Shown in pieces: positions 1-9,498 of a stretch of 64,000 nt of DNA. Position 1 is the stretch's first letter; each line of letters begins with the position of its first letter. A program made the position numbers and the translations under genes. The stretch is from Candidatus Poribacteria bacterium (GTDB lineage Bacteria > Poribacteria > WGA-4E > PCPOR2b). The stretch covers positions 3,008,001-3,072,000 of the forward strand of contig OZ242351.1 of the NCBI GenBank assembly GCA_965208675.1. The letters are read 5' to 3'. A model generated the notes under the pieces. The model did no database searches, was not told the origin of the DNA, and saw nothing but the letters and a program-made list of their open reading frames with translations.

Positions 1-222
1 ATCGCCGTAATCATCATATTCGGTAAGAGTTTCTCGCGCACTCAGTCCCTGATAGCTCTCAAGTACCCACGTCCCAATCCACGCATTGTCTTCAGGCTCA
101 ATCGGTTCAGGATCTATAACTTCAGTAATTAACGCCTCGAAACTGTCGCAGCCGATGACGCCGATAATCCCGCAAAGCCCAAATACACCCAAAAACAGAT
201 TCATTACTATTTGTCTGAACAT
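1..222 (-). CDS. Lipoprotein, partial (runs off window start)
   Basis: Read by hand: ATG at 222 with GGAGG upstream; MFRQIVMNLFLGVFGLCGIIGVIGCDSF..., with a lipobox-like VIGC, then WIGTWVLESY (lipocalin-like start). Confidence 0.6.
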   Translation of the reverse strand, partial: MFRQIVMNLFLGVFGLCGIIGVIGCDSFEALITEVIDPEPIEPEDNAWIGTWVLESYQGLSARETLTEYDDYGD

Positions 223-582
223 TTCTGTATCCTCCATAGTATTTATTGATGGCGCTCTAGAGTCAACGCAGCCATTCATCCAAAAGACCGTAGTAGCGAT
301 CTTCTAATCGCGACGTTTTACTCCATTGTCTCGTGAGATTTCCTTCGTATCAACAAGCTACGAATCAAGTTTGCACAAATACACTGTACGATAACTGGCG
401 GGCGAGACTTCGACCAATCCAACCGCCGTGACTTCAGCGGAAATTGGCAAAGACATCTGTCGGCAAACGGCTACTGCTTGAGCAATCTGACACTCCGATA
501 AACCGGAAGCAATTGTGCAGTGCGGCACACACCTCCCGACGATTGAATTTCCTCACCGATGCCTTTCAGCGTCGAAAAACGG

Positions 583-1200
583 TTAGAAGATGATACGAAA
601 GAAAGCTATGTCAAACGCGAAAAATATCCCAATCACGCCCATACTCAAATAAACCGCGCAGGAAATCAAATTCCTAGGTACGGACGAAATGCGGAAATAC
701 TCGTTCATCTCACGGACAACCTCTCTGAGCACAGATTTGTGCACCCGCTGTTTGACCCTAATCATCCCGGTTCCCATCCACGAATGAGCAGACACTTGCA
801 GGTCGGCTTCAATAGAAGTCAGGCGTATTGCGGAAAGACTCACCTCGTAGGGCAACCGCAGCTTTTGAAGCGCTGCTGTCACTCCATCTCGAAACGATGT
901 ATCTGTCACGGCGTACGCCGTGTAACCCTTGTAATGAAACCATCCCCGCAACAGAAGAAGCCCAAGTATAAGCGGAATCACCCAATTTATAGCATAGAAA
1001 CTGGCGGGTAGCGGCATTGAGAAATTCAGCAGAATTATTGGAACAAATACAACGAACAAAATCGCCAGCCACCATCTATTCGAGACCAAGAAAGGCCGCT
1101 TGACCAGAACGCCCCGAACTCCAATGGTCAAGAAAAAGACTGCCATAATTCCAAACATAATTGGAAAAACCAAATTGTAAAAGTCAGGGTTCATGTTCAT
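583..1200 (-). CDS. Hypothetical membrane protein (about 4 TM segments)
   Basis: 205-aa ORF with several hydrophobic segments; AGGA upstream. Confidence 0.65.
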   Translation of the reverse strand: MNMNPDFYNLVFPIMFGIMAVFFLTIGVRGVLVKRPFLVSNRWWLAILFVVFVPIILLNFSMPLPASFYAINWVIPLILGLLLLRGWFHYKGYTAYAVTDTSFRDGVTAALQKLRLPYEVSLSAIRLTSIEADLQVSAHSWMGTGMIRVKQRVHKSVLREVVREMNEYFRISSVPRNLISCAVYLSMGVIGIFFAFDIAFFRIIF

Positions 1201-1295
1201 TTCCTACTATTGCCATGTTAACTTGGACCGCTAGTACGCTTCGCCGAAGCGTCTGACAAACTAGAGCGGAGCAGTACAATCCCAGTTCCTACCAA

Positions 1296-1460
1296 CTAAG
1301 AATTTGATTCAGGCGGTTCATAGTGTAACTCCAGCGCTTCTCTTAGATTGAGCAATGCCTCTGCTTCGCTTCTGCCTTGACTCGCAATATCAACCTCTAA
1401 ACATTGCGCAATAAACCAATCATCTTCTTGCCATACACTCGCCGTAAAAATCCGGGTTAT
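1296..1460 (-). pseudogene. HicB-family antitoxin remnant
   Basis: Translates ITRIFTASVWQEDDWFIAQCLEVDIASQGRSEAEALLNLREALELHYEPP, a HicB-like pattern. It begins with ATA rather than ATG, and no hicA is adjacent. Confidence 0.65.
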
Positions 1461-1751
1461 CCCCTAACGTAAGTCATCCTGCATATTCGTAAAACTAACG
1501 ATGAATTTCCTATTAAGATAACCAGCATTTGCCTCACGTCTGCGCCGAACTGCTGGTTTATTTCGACCATGTCATAGTTATCTTAGGCACCCAACAAGTA
1601 TTACCTAAATCTTCTGCATAGGATGACTGTCCGCCTGGGCCTATCCTTAACATTCATTATATTGTCCGTATGAGCCACGTTAATGACGGGGTCGTTTGAT
1701 TGGAAAAACCTTTCCTGTCAAGAAAATATTCTTGAGATTTGGCACGCAAAA

Positions 1752-2252
1752 TCAATGTGGCTGTACCACGACCGTCAAGTTACTCTCAATCGCACAACGA
1801 ATGTGTTCATTGGATAAATCAGGACTAACGCCGTGGGTTGAACAGAATATATTAAGGTTCTGATAACCCCACACCAAGAATCGCTGTGAATCCTCCTTTG
1901 AGACTGTCGTTCCTCCCTCCGCTCGAACAGGCGTTCCAAACATTATCGAATAGAACGCAAGCCACGGCGGGAGCATATCCATCCAAAAAAACAGTTCTGG
2001 AACCACGTCAAAAAGATGATGAAACCATTTCCTCACTTCACCAATAAGAAACAGTTGTCGGGAGTCATCGTCGTACCCGTTGACCATGATGTTAACGCGA
2101 TTTCGATTCCTATCGATCAAAGTTGGAACAAAACTGTCAAGAATTTCACGGACACGTGACGCATTTACACTAACAATTTCATCCTTTGAAATCAATATTG
2201 TAACAGGTGATTTCAAACAATCCTCCAATCGGTTAACTTTGATTTCCAACAC
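1752..2252 (-). CDS. CRR6/DUF1817-like protein
   Basis: Motif GYDDDSRQLFLIGEVRKWF...PELFFW resembles the recalled DUF1817 'DPREL.EIPEVR.WF' pattern. Confidence 0.55.
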   Translation of the reverse strand: MLEIKVNRLEDCLKSPVTILISKDEIVSVNASRVREILDSFVPTLIDRNRNRVNIMVNGYDDDSRQLFLIGEVRKWFHHLFDVVPELFFWMDMLPPWLAFYSIMFGTPVRAEGGTTVSKEDSQRFLVWGYQNLNIFCSTHGVSPDLSNEHIRCAIESNLTVVVQPH

Positions 2253-2369
2253 CCCCGCTCATTTTTCCAAAAAACTAAACGAGCAATGCTTGGCTTTGTC
2301 CAAACCAAGGTTGGTACACCAAAGCCTGTTATCAATCGGAATCGCGGGATAGATGCCTCGCGTCATCCA

Positions 2370-2502
2370 TTACTTTAACACGAATCGTAACGCTTCATTC
2401 ACAGCTTCGTCATCGGGAAAAGCAGCGGCAACATCTGGTGCTAGACGGACAATGTTCGCACCGTCAGCATATTGCTGAGCATGTTTCCCACGAACGTTGA
2501 GA
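2370..2502 (-). pseudogene. Small antitoxin-like (BrnA-type) gene remnant
   Basis: Translates VRGKHAQQYADGANIVRLAPDVAAAFPDDEAVNEALRFVLK*. There is no ATG/GTG/TTG start before the in-frame upstream TAA. Confidence 0.5.
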
Positions 2503-2542
2503 ATTAGGATAATAGCATTACTTTCAATACTGCCTTATTATA

Positions 2543-3424
2543 CTAACCGTCTGATGCTGCCGAAATTTCCCGCCACATCTCAATAGCAGAGGGGGTTCGA
2601 GCACTAACATGTCGTCGCAATGCCCGGGCAACCGATCCCGCAAATCTTGATGATAATCCTTCAGCAATCTCTCTCGGACGACCGGCAACAATCTCATCCT
2701 TCGTGAAATCAGGTGTTTCGTTGAGCAGCATACCTAGCAATAGCAAACCTACGTGATATATGTCAACATGCTTACCCAATACACCAAACTCTGCAGGTCT
2801 CAGGAATTCGGGAGGTAACATCCAATGGGCAAGGCGAGTATTGAAAAAACTAATGTCCCCTTCAAGACGGCTGATACCCAAGTCGCCGATTTTGAATCTA
2901 AAAATGGAATTTGTGTCGGGCTTCATTGGGTGCCGCTGTTCTGATACAAACACATTTCCTGCGTGTAAGTCCTTATGAACAAAACCATGGTCGTGGATGA
3001 ATTGGAGCCCATTGAGAATGTCACGACAGACATAGGGCAACCAAAGTTCTCCGGTTATGTCAGGGTTTTCGATAAATTCTTTCAGCGAGCAAAAACACTT
3101 CTCCACAATAATGTAGAACGTATCTTTGTGTTCAAAAGCACCGTGGATATAGGTAACATGTGGATGGCGGAGTAGTTGAAGTTTTTGCAACTCATGAATC
3201 CACTCCTCTCGTATAACCTCATACCGCTGATTCCGTGGCAAAAGCACTTTGGCGGCTAGTTCGTTTCCCCACTCGTCACGACAATCAAATACAACACCGA
3301 ACGCGCCTTGCCCGATTTGCTGACCGATGTAGTAATTAATTCCCTTACATTCAATTTTTTCGCCGGTTTTTGGAGGCACAAATGTCCGGGGCACCGGCAG
3401 TCGGAGGTTTTGATTGTGTGTCAT
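2543..3424 (-). CDS. Hanks-type Ser/Thr protein kinase (cytoplasmic)
   Basis: GQGAFGVV Gly-loop, AAK Lys, HKDLHAGN catalytic loop, DLG, PPE and DIY motifs. Confidence 0.9.
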   Translation of the reverse strand: MTHNQNLRLPVPRTFVPPKTGEKIECKGINYYIGQQIGQGAFGVVFDCRDEWGNELAAKVLLPRNQRYEVIREEWIHELQKLQLLRHPHVTYIHGAFEHKDTFYIIVEKCFCSLKEFIENPDITGELWLPYVCRDILNGLQFIHDHGFVHKDLHAGNVFVSEQRHPMKPDTNSIFRFKIGDLGISRLEGDISFFNTRLAHWMLPPEFLRPAEFGVLGKHVDIYHVGLLLLGMLLNETPDFTKDEIVAGRPREIAEGLSSRFAGSVARALRRHVSARTPSAIEMWREISAASDG

Positions 3425-3509
3425 TCCGAACTGCTACCTCACCAACAAGGACATGCACTATACAGCACCCTCATAAATTACAAATATGGTTGAGATTATT
3501 CCGATTATT

Positions 3510-4196
3510 TCAATAGTCCTGATCTCGCAATGCAAGAAACATGGAATCCAAAATCTGTAAAAGGTGTTGACTAACCATCCCCCATGATTTGTTCGTGGCC
3601 TTTGAGGCAGATTTATATCCCCAAGTGTTTGGTTCTTCTTGTTCTGCTACAATAGGGAAGTTTACGCTTTCCGAATCTCCAACTCTCTTGTCCACGATCT
3701 CAACTTCTAACCAAGATGTGCCAATCCACCTACCTTGAGGAACAAAAGACATTGCAAGTAAGGTCTGTTGGGTTGATGCAACTGATACCACATTGACCCA
3801 ATTATTAGGTGCAACTGCTAATGTTGAGGAAAACCTATTCTGAACATAAGCTATGGGCACGCGGCGTATTCCAAAATTTGCTTCATTCGCTTTAAGCCTT
3901 ATTTTTACAGCTACATTTCCGGCTGGGATTTTCTCGAAGTATTCAGCCCATTTTAGTGAATTCCCATATATGTAGGTAAGACCATTGCGTATACTAGTTA
4001 TGGCTTCTTGCGACCTTTCCTTATCCGTCCTTGCGTCCAACACCGAAAAAATAACCGGCTTCGCAAGGTTTAATCCTTTCCTAGGCGTGTCACGAATCTC
4101 TGGTATAGCAACGCGTTGCACAGCACAGCCAATAGCATGGAGTAATACTACAAGCAACAAGATTATCAGATTTTTCCACGGCCTAGATTCCTGCAT
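3510..4196 (-). CDS. Putative lipoprotein
   Basis: Signal peptide with AIGC lipobox-like site; 228 aa. Confidence 0.6.
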   Translation of the reverse strand: MQESRPWKNLIILLLVVLLHAIGCAVQRVAIPEIRDTPRKGLNLAKPVIFSVLDARTDKERSQEAITSIRNGLTYIYGNSLKWAEYFEKIPAGNVAVKIRLKANEANFGIRRVPIAYVQNRFSSTLAVAPNNWVNVVSVASTQQTLLAMSFVPQGRWIGTSWLEVEIVDKRVGDSESVNFPIVAEQEEPNTWGYKSASKATNKSWGMVSQHLLQILDSMFLALRDQDY

Positions 4197-4294
4197 GAGA
4201 ATATCCTTCTTGATGATGTCCAGTTACGTTGAACCTACTGTTGCCGGATGTCGCTGCTTAGTAACTCGTGTAAGAAACCGTTGCAACAGAATTT

Positions 4295-5215
4295 CTAAAG
4301 ACCGTGAAATTTTGAGAGTATTTGTGCCAAAAGGTTTCCTCCTGCTCCGATTCCAACACTCCAAGTACCCTCCGAAGCCTTTTTCATCATTCCGGCTATC
4401 CACGAAGACACCTTAGGACCAAATTGTCCCGGAGATTTAGGTGTTTCATCTGAATCAACAGCCTCTCTTAGGTCTGCGATGTCTCCTTCAGATACGCCAT
4501 TGGCTTGCAACACACGGCGCATTGACTCAAAGTCAGTTGGTACGATGTTGAATTCTATAGATGAGTCTTTTGCTGTCCCTACTAGGTTTGCAGGTCCGCC
4601 GTAGACGGTCGTATTGAATATTTGTGTAATCGTATCCGAACTAGGGGATTCCCGAGCGTTTGACTTTGGGTCGCCTGCATTGGGATGTTCCTTCCATACA
4701 GCCAATGAAAAGTCCAATATGCGGTCTCGTACTGTATTAAGCAGTTCAACAAAATTTGTTTTGCTGAACTCGGCCCAACACTCTAGGCAAATCATATCCT
4801 TGTAAACAGTTGCACCCAAAGTCAACGACAAATCTCCTGTATCGACTTGAATTATGTCACTGTCGTTTTCCTTTAGAGCTGACTCGACGGTTGCAACACT
4901 CATCCTAAATTCATACTCCATGTAACTTCCCCGAACATCTTTGGGAAGCAACGCTGGAGTAATCGGTGCATTCCTTAGGCCGGAACCAAACGGCCCCGCG
5001 AAATTCCCTTTCACCTGAAGAGACCACACGCGGTACCCGGGCACAGGAACATCCTCTGGATAACCGTTGGATTCCCAAATGAGCCAATTCTCAAGCTGCC
5101 GACTACCCAAATGTGCAGCTAAGAGTTTACACTTCCTGATCACCGTTCCTAGGTCACTTGAGGCATCAATTGCAGCGTTCTGAATGTCTTCCAGTAGGCT
5201 AATTTCAACCTCCAA
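4295..5215 (-). CDS. AbiTii-domain protein
   Basis: N-terminus SLLEDIQNAAIDASSDLGTVIRKCKLLAAHLGSRQLENWLIWESNGY...VPGYR matches the recalled AbiTii signature. Confidence 0.75.
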   Translation of the reverse strand: MEVEISLLEDIQNAAIDASSDLGTVIRKCKLLAAHLGSRQLENWLIWESNGYPEDVPVPGYRVWSLQVKGNFAGPFGSGLRNAPITPALLPKDVRGSYMEYEFRMSVATVESALKENDSDIIQVDTGDLSLTLGATVYKDMICLECWAEFSKTNFVELLNTVRDRILDFSLAVWKEHPNAGDPKSNARESPSSDTITQIFNTTVYGGPANLVGTAKDSSIEFNIVPTDFESMRRVLQANGVSEGDIADLREAVDSDETPKSPGQFGPKVSSWIAGMMKKASEGTWSVGIGAGGNLLAQILSKFHGL

Positions 5216-5274
5216 TCACTAACTTATTCTTAGACAGAGCTTATTTCTTCTCTAAGTTCCGTTGACCGCTCCAC

Positions 5275-8200
5275 CTAAAAATCCAAACTCACCCCCATCA
5301 TGACCAATCGCGGTGAACTCCACGAGAGCGGACTCGAATGCTTCCTATTGTTGAGCGGGATACCGTACCGGTCGTATGTAACCGGGTCTATCAGGTCGTC
5401 CAAATTCCTCGTATTAAAGATGTTCCGAATATCCGCAAACACGGTATACGTCATCCCCGCACGTATTATCCGCTTGCTAAGAAGCACATCAACATTGTAC
5501 GTCGGCGGGTACCGCTTCGAGTTCACGTCAGGCTTAATCGGCGCGGCAGGATTCGGCGTGTAGGGCAAGCCGCTGGCGTACCTGCCAATCAGATTCGCCG
5601 TAGCATTAAGCGGCAATTGAATCCCCAACGTACCGGACACAATGTGGCGCTGATCCCAGTCTAAAGGGTGGCTTTCAGTCACTTCGGGCTGCTGCCGATA
5701 AAAGGTCAGGTAACCCAGATTGCGGCTGGAGCCCTTCCCCTTCGCAACGGAATACGTATAGCTGAACATCCCGGAGACCCGGCTCTGACCCGTGCCCCAC
5801 TTGCGAAGCGTAAACTCAAATCCTTGAACCCGACCGTAGATGTCATTGATGAAATAACTGTAATCGTTAGTAATATCGACATGCAGGCTGCTCACAAGGT
5901 CGTTGATATCTTTCGTGAACCCGGTCAGGTCAACAGTTAAGTCGTCCGTGAGTTGTTGCGCCACGCCAACCTCGTACGCGATAGTCTTCTCCGGTTCGAG
6001 GTCGGGATTCCCCTTTCTCCGAATGGCGCCCCGCATATCAAAGTAAAGATTTTCGTAGAGATCATCGCCCCGTGGAATCTGGTAATAATGTCCGTACGTA
6101 AAGTGCAACTTCGCCCGATCTGTAATCGGAAACGACATCCCGAGGCGCGGCGCGAGCGACCGCTTGACCGACGGATTAACCGGATCCTTGATGATGGGTA
6201 ACCCAACCCTGTAGACACTCTTGTCTAACTTAAATGTACCATCCTCGTTAAGTTCGAGCGGATTCAGCGGGTCTTTAGGAATGTCGCCCTCAGGATTATA
6301 CTGCTCATACCGCAACCCCGCATTGACAATCATTCCCGCGTACTCCATCTTGTCTTGTACATACAGGCTAACACTGCCGGGCGTTACGTCATAATACTCC
6401 AGGTAGAGATTGGAACTCCCATGATTTGTCGCTCCGAGATAATATAGATTCTGCGTCGAGAATTCAGCCCCCGTCTGAATCTGGTGATTTGCCGTCACTT
6501 GGCTGGCAAAATCCGCTTTAACTATGGACGTCGTCGAGCTGCGGTCAACCCAACTATTGTCATCGCCGGCAATGAAGTAGCTTGTATCGTTGTACGCCTG
6601 TTGGGTCGGGTTCCTGATTCTTCCCTCATTTTGGTTCTCCTCGAAGGTTTTATCCGGATCCCAAGCGTTCTCCTCAAACGTTTTATCCAACGGATCCCAC
6701 AATTTGTCGGGTTGATGGCTCTCAAAGGAACGATGAAACTGCCCAACCGTCAGGGTGTAGAACGTACCCGAATTGAGATTATGTGAAAGCTGCACCGACA
6801 TGCTCCTCCCATCCCGGTTCGCCACCGGAACCGCGCTGGGTAGAAAGCGCAGCGAACCGCCGTACGAGTTGGATTCTCGCTGATCCATCAGCCCGCTCGC
6901 CGTGAGTTTGATGTCGGGAGTCACCTCAAACTTGAGTTTACCCTGAAAAGTGTATCCCCTCGAGTCATTGTTGGGCAGGTAGCTTTCATCCCGCCGCAAC
7001 TGGCTTGCGGCGGAGAATGTCAGCCGATTGCCCCATATCGGTCCGCTGAGCGCAAATTCCCCTATATGCATCGGGCTAAGTTCATAATTCTTCGTGTCGT
7101 TGAATAACCCGCTGTACTGCTCCAAATCCACAACATAGTTGTCAAACAGCGTAACCTGTTTTTTCTCATAGTCTATAACCGTGCCGTCGGCGTCCTGATA
7201 AGGTTGGCGTGACGTAACCGCCTCGCCTGTATCCGGATTTACCATGGGTTCGCTCGTCTCCGGATCAATCACCGGAAGCTGCGGATTTTTCGTCATGTCC
7301 GCATACACACCCGGGACAATCTCCGTGAATTCTACCCTGTCATCGCCCTCACGCGCAGCCAACTCGCCAACGGTAACCGCTTCACCGCGATAGGGCGTCT
7401 GATAGTCGTAAGGCTTGCCGAGGAAGATGCCCCTGAAAGGTTCGAGCGCCACAGGCCGGAAACCGTTGTCCGGATCCAGCCAAGGGCCGTATAACGGATC
7501 GCCGTGGTGCTCCGCCCACTGCCCAACGCGGTACCGGATGCGCCCGGAAAATTTTTGCGTGCCGGCTTTCGTGATGAGATTAATTACTCCGGATTGCGCA
7601 TCACCGTGTTCCGCATTGAAGCCGCCTGTGATAACCTCCATCTGTTCAATCGTATTCGCGTCGACACTCACGCCCAAGCCCCTGAAAATCGGGTCATTAA
7701 TCGGGATACCGTCAATCAGATATTTAATCTCCATTGAGCGTCCCCCGCGAATGTGGAGCGTGCCGGTCGCGTTATCTACCGCGACGCCAGCCTGCGTTTG
7801 CAGAATCCCGTTCACGGTGTCACGCGGCATGGCAGCAATCTCGTCTGCTTCAATAATCCTTGTGCTTTGTGTAACATCCCGCTTAATTAGAGGTTTGGTT
7901 GCCGTCACCTCTATCTCTTCCAGAGTTACAACTTCAGCGGCATCCAACGCAAAGTTTAAGGTTGTGGTGAGTCCGGCGAACACCTTCGCACCCATCACAG
8001 TCTTTGAAGCGTAGTCTGTGAGCTCGGCTTTTACATCAATACTCCCCGGCGGGATGTTTGCCATGACATAATAGCCATCGTCATTCGTTGCCGCAGTGCT
8101 GCTTGTCCCGACAATTGTTACCGTAGCATTCGACAGCGGTGCCCTGGTCGCTTCATCGGTAATTACACCCGAAATCTTGCCGGTGATGGCGGCGTAGACG

Positions 8201-8277
8201 CTGCGGTCACCTACTTCGAGCATAAGCACTGCTGCGCATGTCAAAAATATCCAGAAGATAACGTGTCTTCTTTTCAT
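5275..8277 (-). CDS. TonB-dependent receptor with N-terminal carboxypeptidase-regulatory-like domain
   Basis: Signal peptide; GKISGVITDE...; plug motif HIRGGR..E..Y.IDG; GGFNAEHG.AQSGVIN; GNPDLEPEKT..YE; C-terminal Phe. Start set at the ATG with AGGAG. Confidence 0.9.
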   Translation of the reverse strand: MKRRHVIFWIFLTCAAVLMLEVGDRSVYAAITGKISGVITDEATRAPLSNATVTIVGTSSTAATNDDGYYVMANIPPGSIDVKAELTDYASKTVMGAKVFAGLTTTLNFALDAAEVVTLEEIEVTATKPLIKRDVTQSTRIIEADEIAAMPRDTVNGILQTQAGVAVDNATGTLHIRGGRSMEIKYLIDGIPINDPIFRGLGVSVDANTIEQMEVITGGFNAEHGDAQSGVINLITKAGTQKFSGRIRYRVGQWAEHHGDPLYGPWLDPDNGFRPVALEPFRGIFLGKPYDYQTPYRGEAVTVGELAAREGDDRVEFTEIVPGVYADMTKNPQLPVIDPETSEPMVNPDTGEAVTSRQPYQDADGTVIDYEKKQVTLFDNYVVDLEQYSGLFNDTKNYELSPMHIGEFALSGPIWGNRLTFSAASQLRRDESYLPNNDSRGYTFQGKLKFEVTPDIKLTASGLMDQRESNSYGGSLRFLPSAVPVANRDGRSMSVQLSHNLNSGTFYTLTVGQFHRSFESHQPDKLWDPLDKTFEENAWDPDKTFEENQNEGRIRNPTQQAYNDTSYFIAGDDNSWVDRSSTTSIVKADFASQVTANHQIQTGAEFSTQNLYYLGATNHGSSNLYLEYYDVTPGSVSLYVQDKMEYAGMIVNAGLRYEQYNPEGDIPKDPLNPLELNEDGTFKLDKSVYRVGLPIIKDPVNPSVKRSLAPRLGMSFPITDRAKLHFTYGHYYQIPRGDDLYENLYFDMRGAIRRKGNPDLEPEKTIAYEVGVAQQLTDDLTVDLTGFTKDINDLVSSLHVDITNDYSYFINDIYGRVQGFEFTLRKWGTGQSRVSGMFSYTYSVAKGKGSSRNLGYLTFYRQQPEVTESHPLDWDQRHIVSGTLGIQLPLNATANLIGRYASGLPYTPNPAAPIKPDVNSKRYPPTYNVDVLLSKRIIRAGMTYTVFADIRNIFNTRNLDDLIDPVTYDRYGIPLNNRKHSSPLSWSSPRLVMMGVSLDF

Positions 8278-8588
8278 TGATATCTCTCCTGAAATCAAGC
8301 ATTGTGGGTTTGAAGTTCGTTTCGATTATGTCTTTATATTTAGAACACTCGCCGAATGATTTCTTCCCTATCCTTAACACCGTAAATTCCTCAACGCTGC
8401 AAATCGCATCCCCTCCAGCGGTTTCGCCACATGCCTCGGACCACGCCGCTCATACGCTGCACCATTGGTCAGTTTCATGTGAAATTTTAACATATTTGAA
8501 CATGATTCGGTAGGTGCGGTTTCCATCCACACCTGCGGATTCGACAAAAATTTTGCCGGTTCGACTATCACTTGATTTCGCGGTTCAA

Positions 8589-9134
8589 CTACTCCGCACG
8601 CCTCATAAGGACAAACGTACCGGTGGGGGCAGTAGATCTTAGCGTCAGCGTTTCTTCCGATAAACTCCACGTGGCTTCCGCTATGGAAATTGGGCTTTGC
8701 TCCTCTCCGTAATTTAGCGTATCCCAGACATCCTTAGGTTCAAGGATAACCTTTTCTTCTTCCGCAACGAACGACAACTGTGAACCCGATTGAGTATATT
8801 TCCCGTTCGTGGCAAAAGTTTGCTTCAGCGTGACAAGAACGCCGTCACTTTTAGTGACGGTCGACTCAAATCCAAGAATAAGACTATACGAACCGTCAGC
8901 GGCAAAAACCACCTCATTCTCGGCAATCTTCGAATCTATTCCTTGAACTTGCCCTTGTACACCGAAAGCGAACGACAAAGCAAAGGTTAGCAAGTTGGCT
9001 ACTGCGCTAAGGGGTTGGTCATCAATCGAGACAATCTCCCATGATCCAACCAATGATGGCTCGTCTTCGTCACTGCTGCCGCAACCCATCGCAACTAATA
9101 GAATTACCACAATCACGGAAGAATTCCGCATCAT
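8589..9134 (-). CDS. Lipocalin-like lipoprotein
   Basis: Lipobox AMGC followed by LVGSWEIVSID. Confidence 0.65.
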   Translation of the reverse strand: MMRNSSVIVVILLVAMGCGSSDEDEPSLVGSWEIVSIDDQPLSAVANLLTFALSFAFGVQGQVQGIDSKIAENEVVFAADGSYSLILGFESTVTKSDGVLVTLKQTFATNGKYTQSGSQLSFVAEEEKVILEPKDVWDTLNYGEEQSPISIAEATWSLSEETLTLRSTAPTGTFVLMRRAE

Positions 9135-9225
9135 CGTTTCTGTTCCCCCATTCTATCAATAGGACCAATCTGGCAAGTTGCCAACTCCGGTATTTTTGCT
9201 GTTTTTTACCATACTTTAATATCTG

Positions 9226-9377
9226 TTAGGAGTTACGCAGTTGATCGTCCAAGGGTTCGTAGTAGGGCAATTCATTGCCCGTTTATCCGTAAAACAATAT
9301 GTCAGGTCAAGGAAGTGAACGACCTGCCTGACGCGCAATAAATTGCGCTACTACAAACTGAACTGCGTAAGTCCTAA
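9226..9377. mobile_element. MITE/REPIN-like element with 17-bp terminal inverted repeats enclosing a REP pair
   Basis: ttaggagttacgcagtt (9226-9242) and aactgcgtaagtcctaa (9361-9377) differ by 1 mismatch. Inside are gtagtagggcaattcattgccc and gcgcaataaattgcgctactac. Confidence 0.75.
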
Positions 9378-9498
9378 TCTGTATGAGAACATCAGTTGGC
9401 GGGGCTTCCTAGCCCCGATAATCCGGACACAAAGATTCCCCTCCTACATTCAAACAATACAACCCATCTGACGGTGCAATTAGATGATTCGCCGCGAA

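Noticed and set aside
5300-8014. Plus-strand ORFs inside the TonB-dependent receptor (and similar shadows in thiC, guaA, pcrA, gatA)
   Set aside because: Antisense shadows of well-supported genes.
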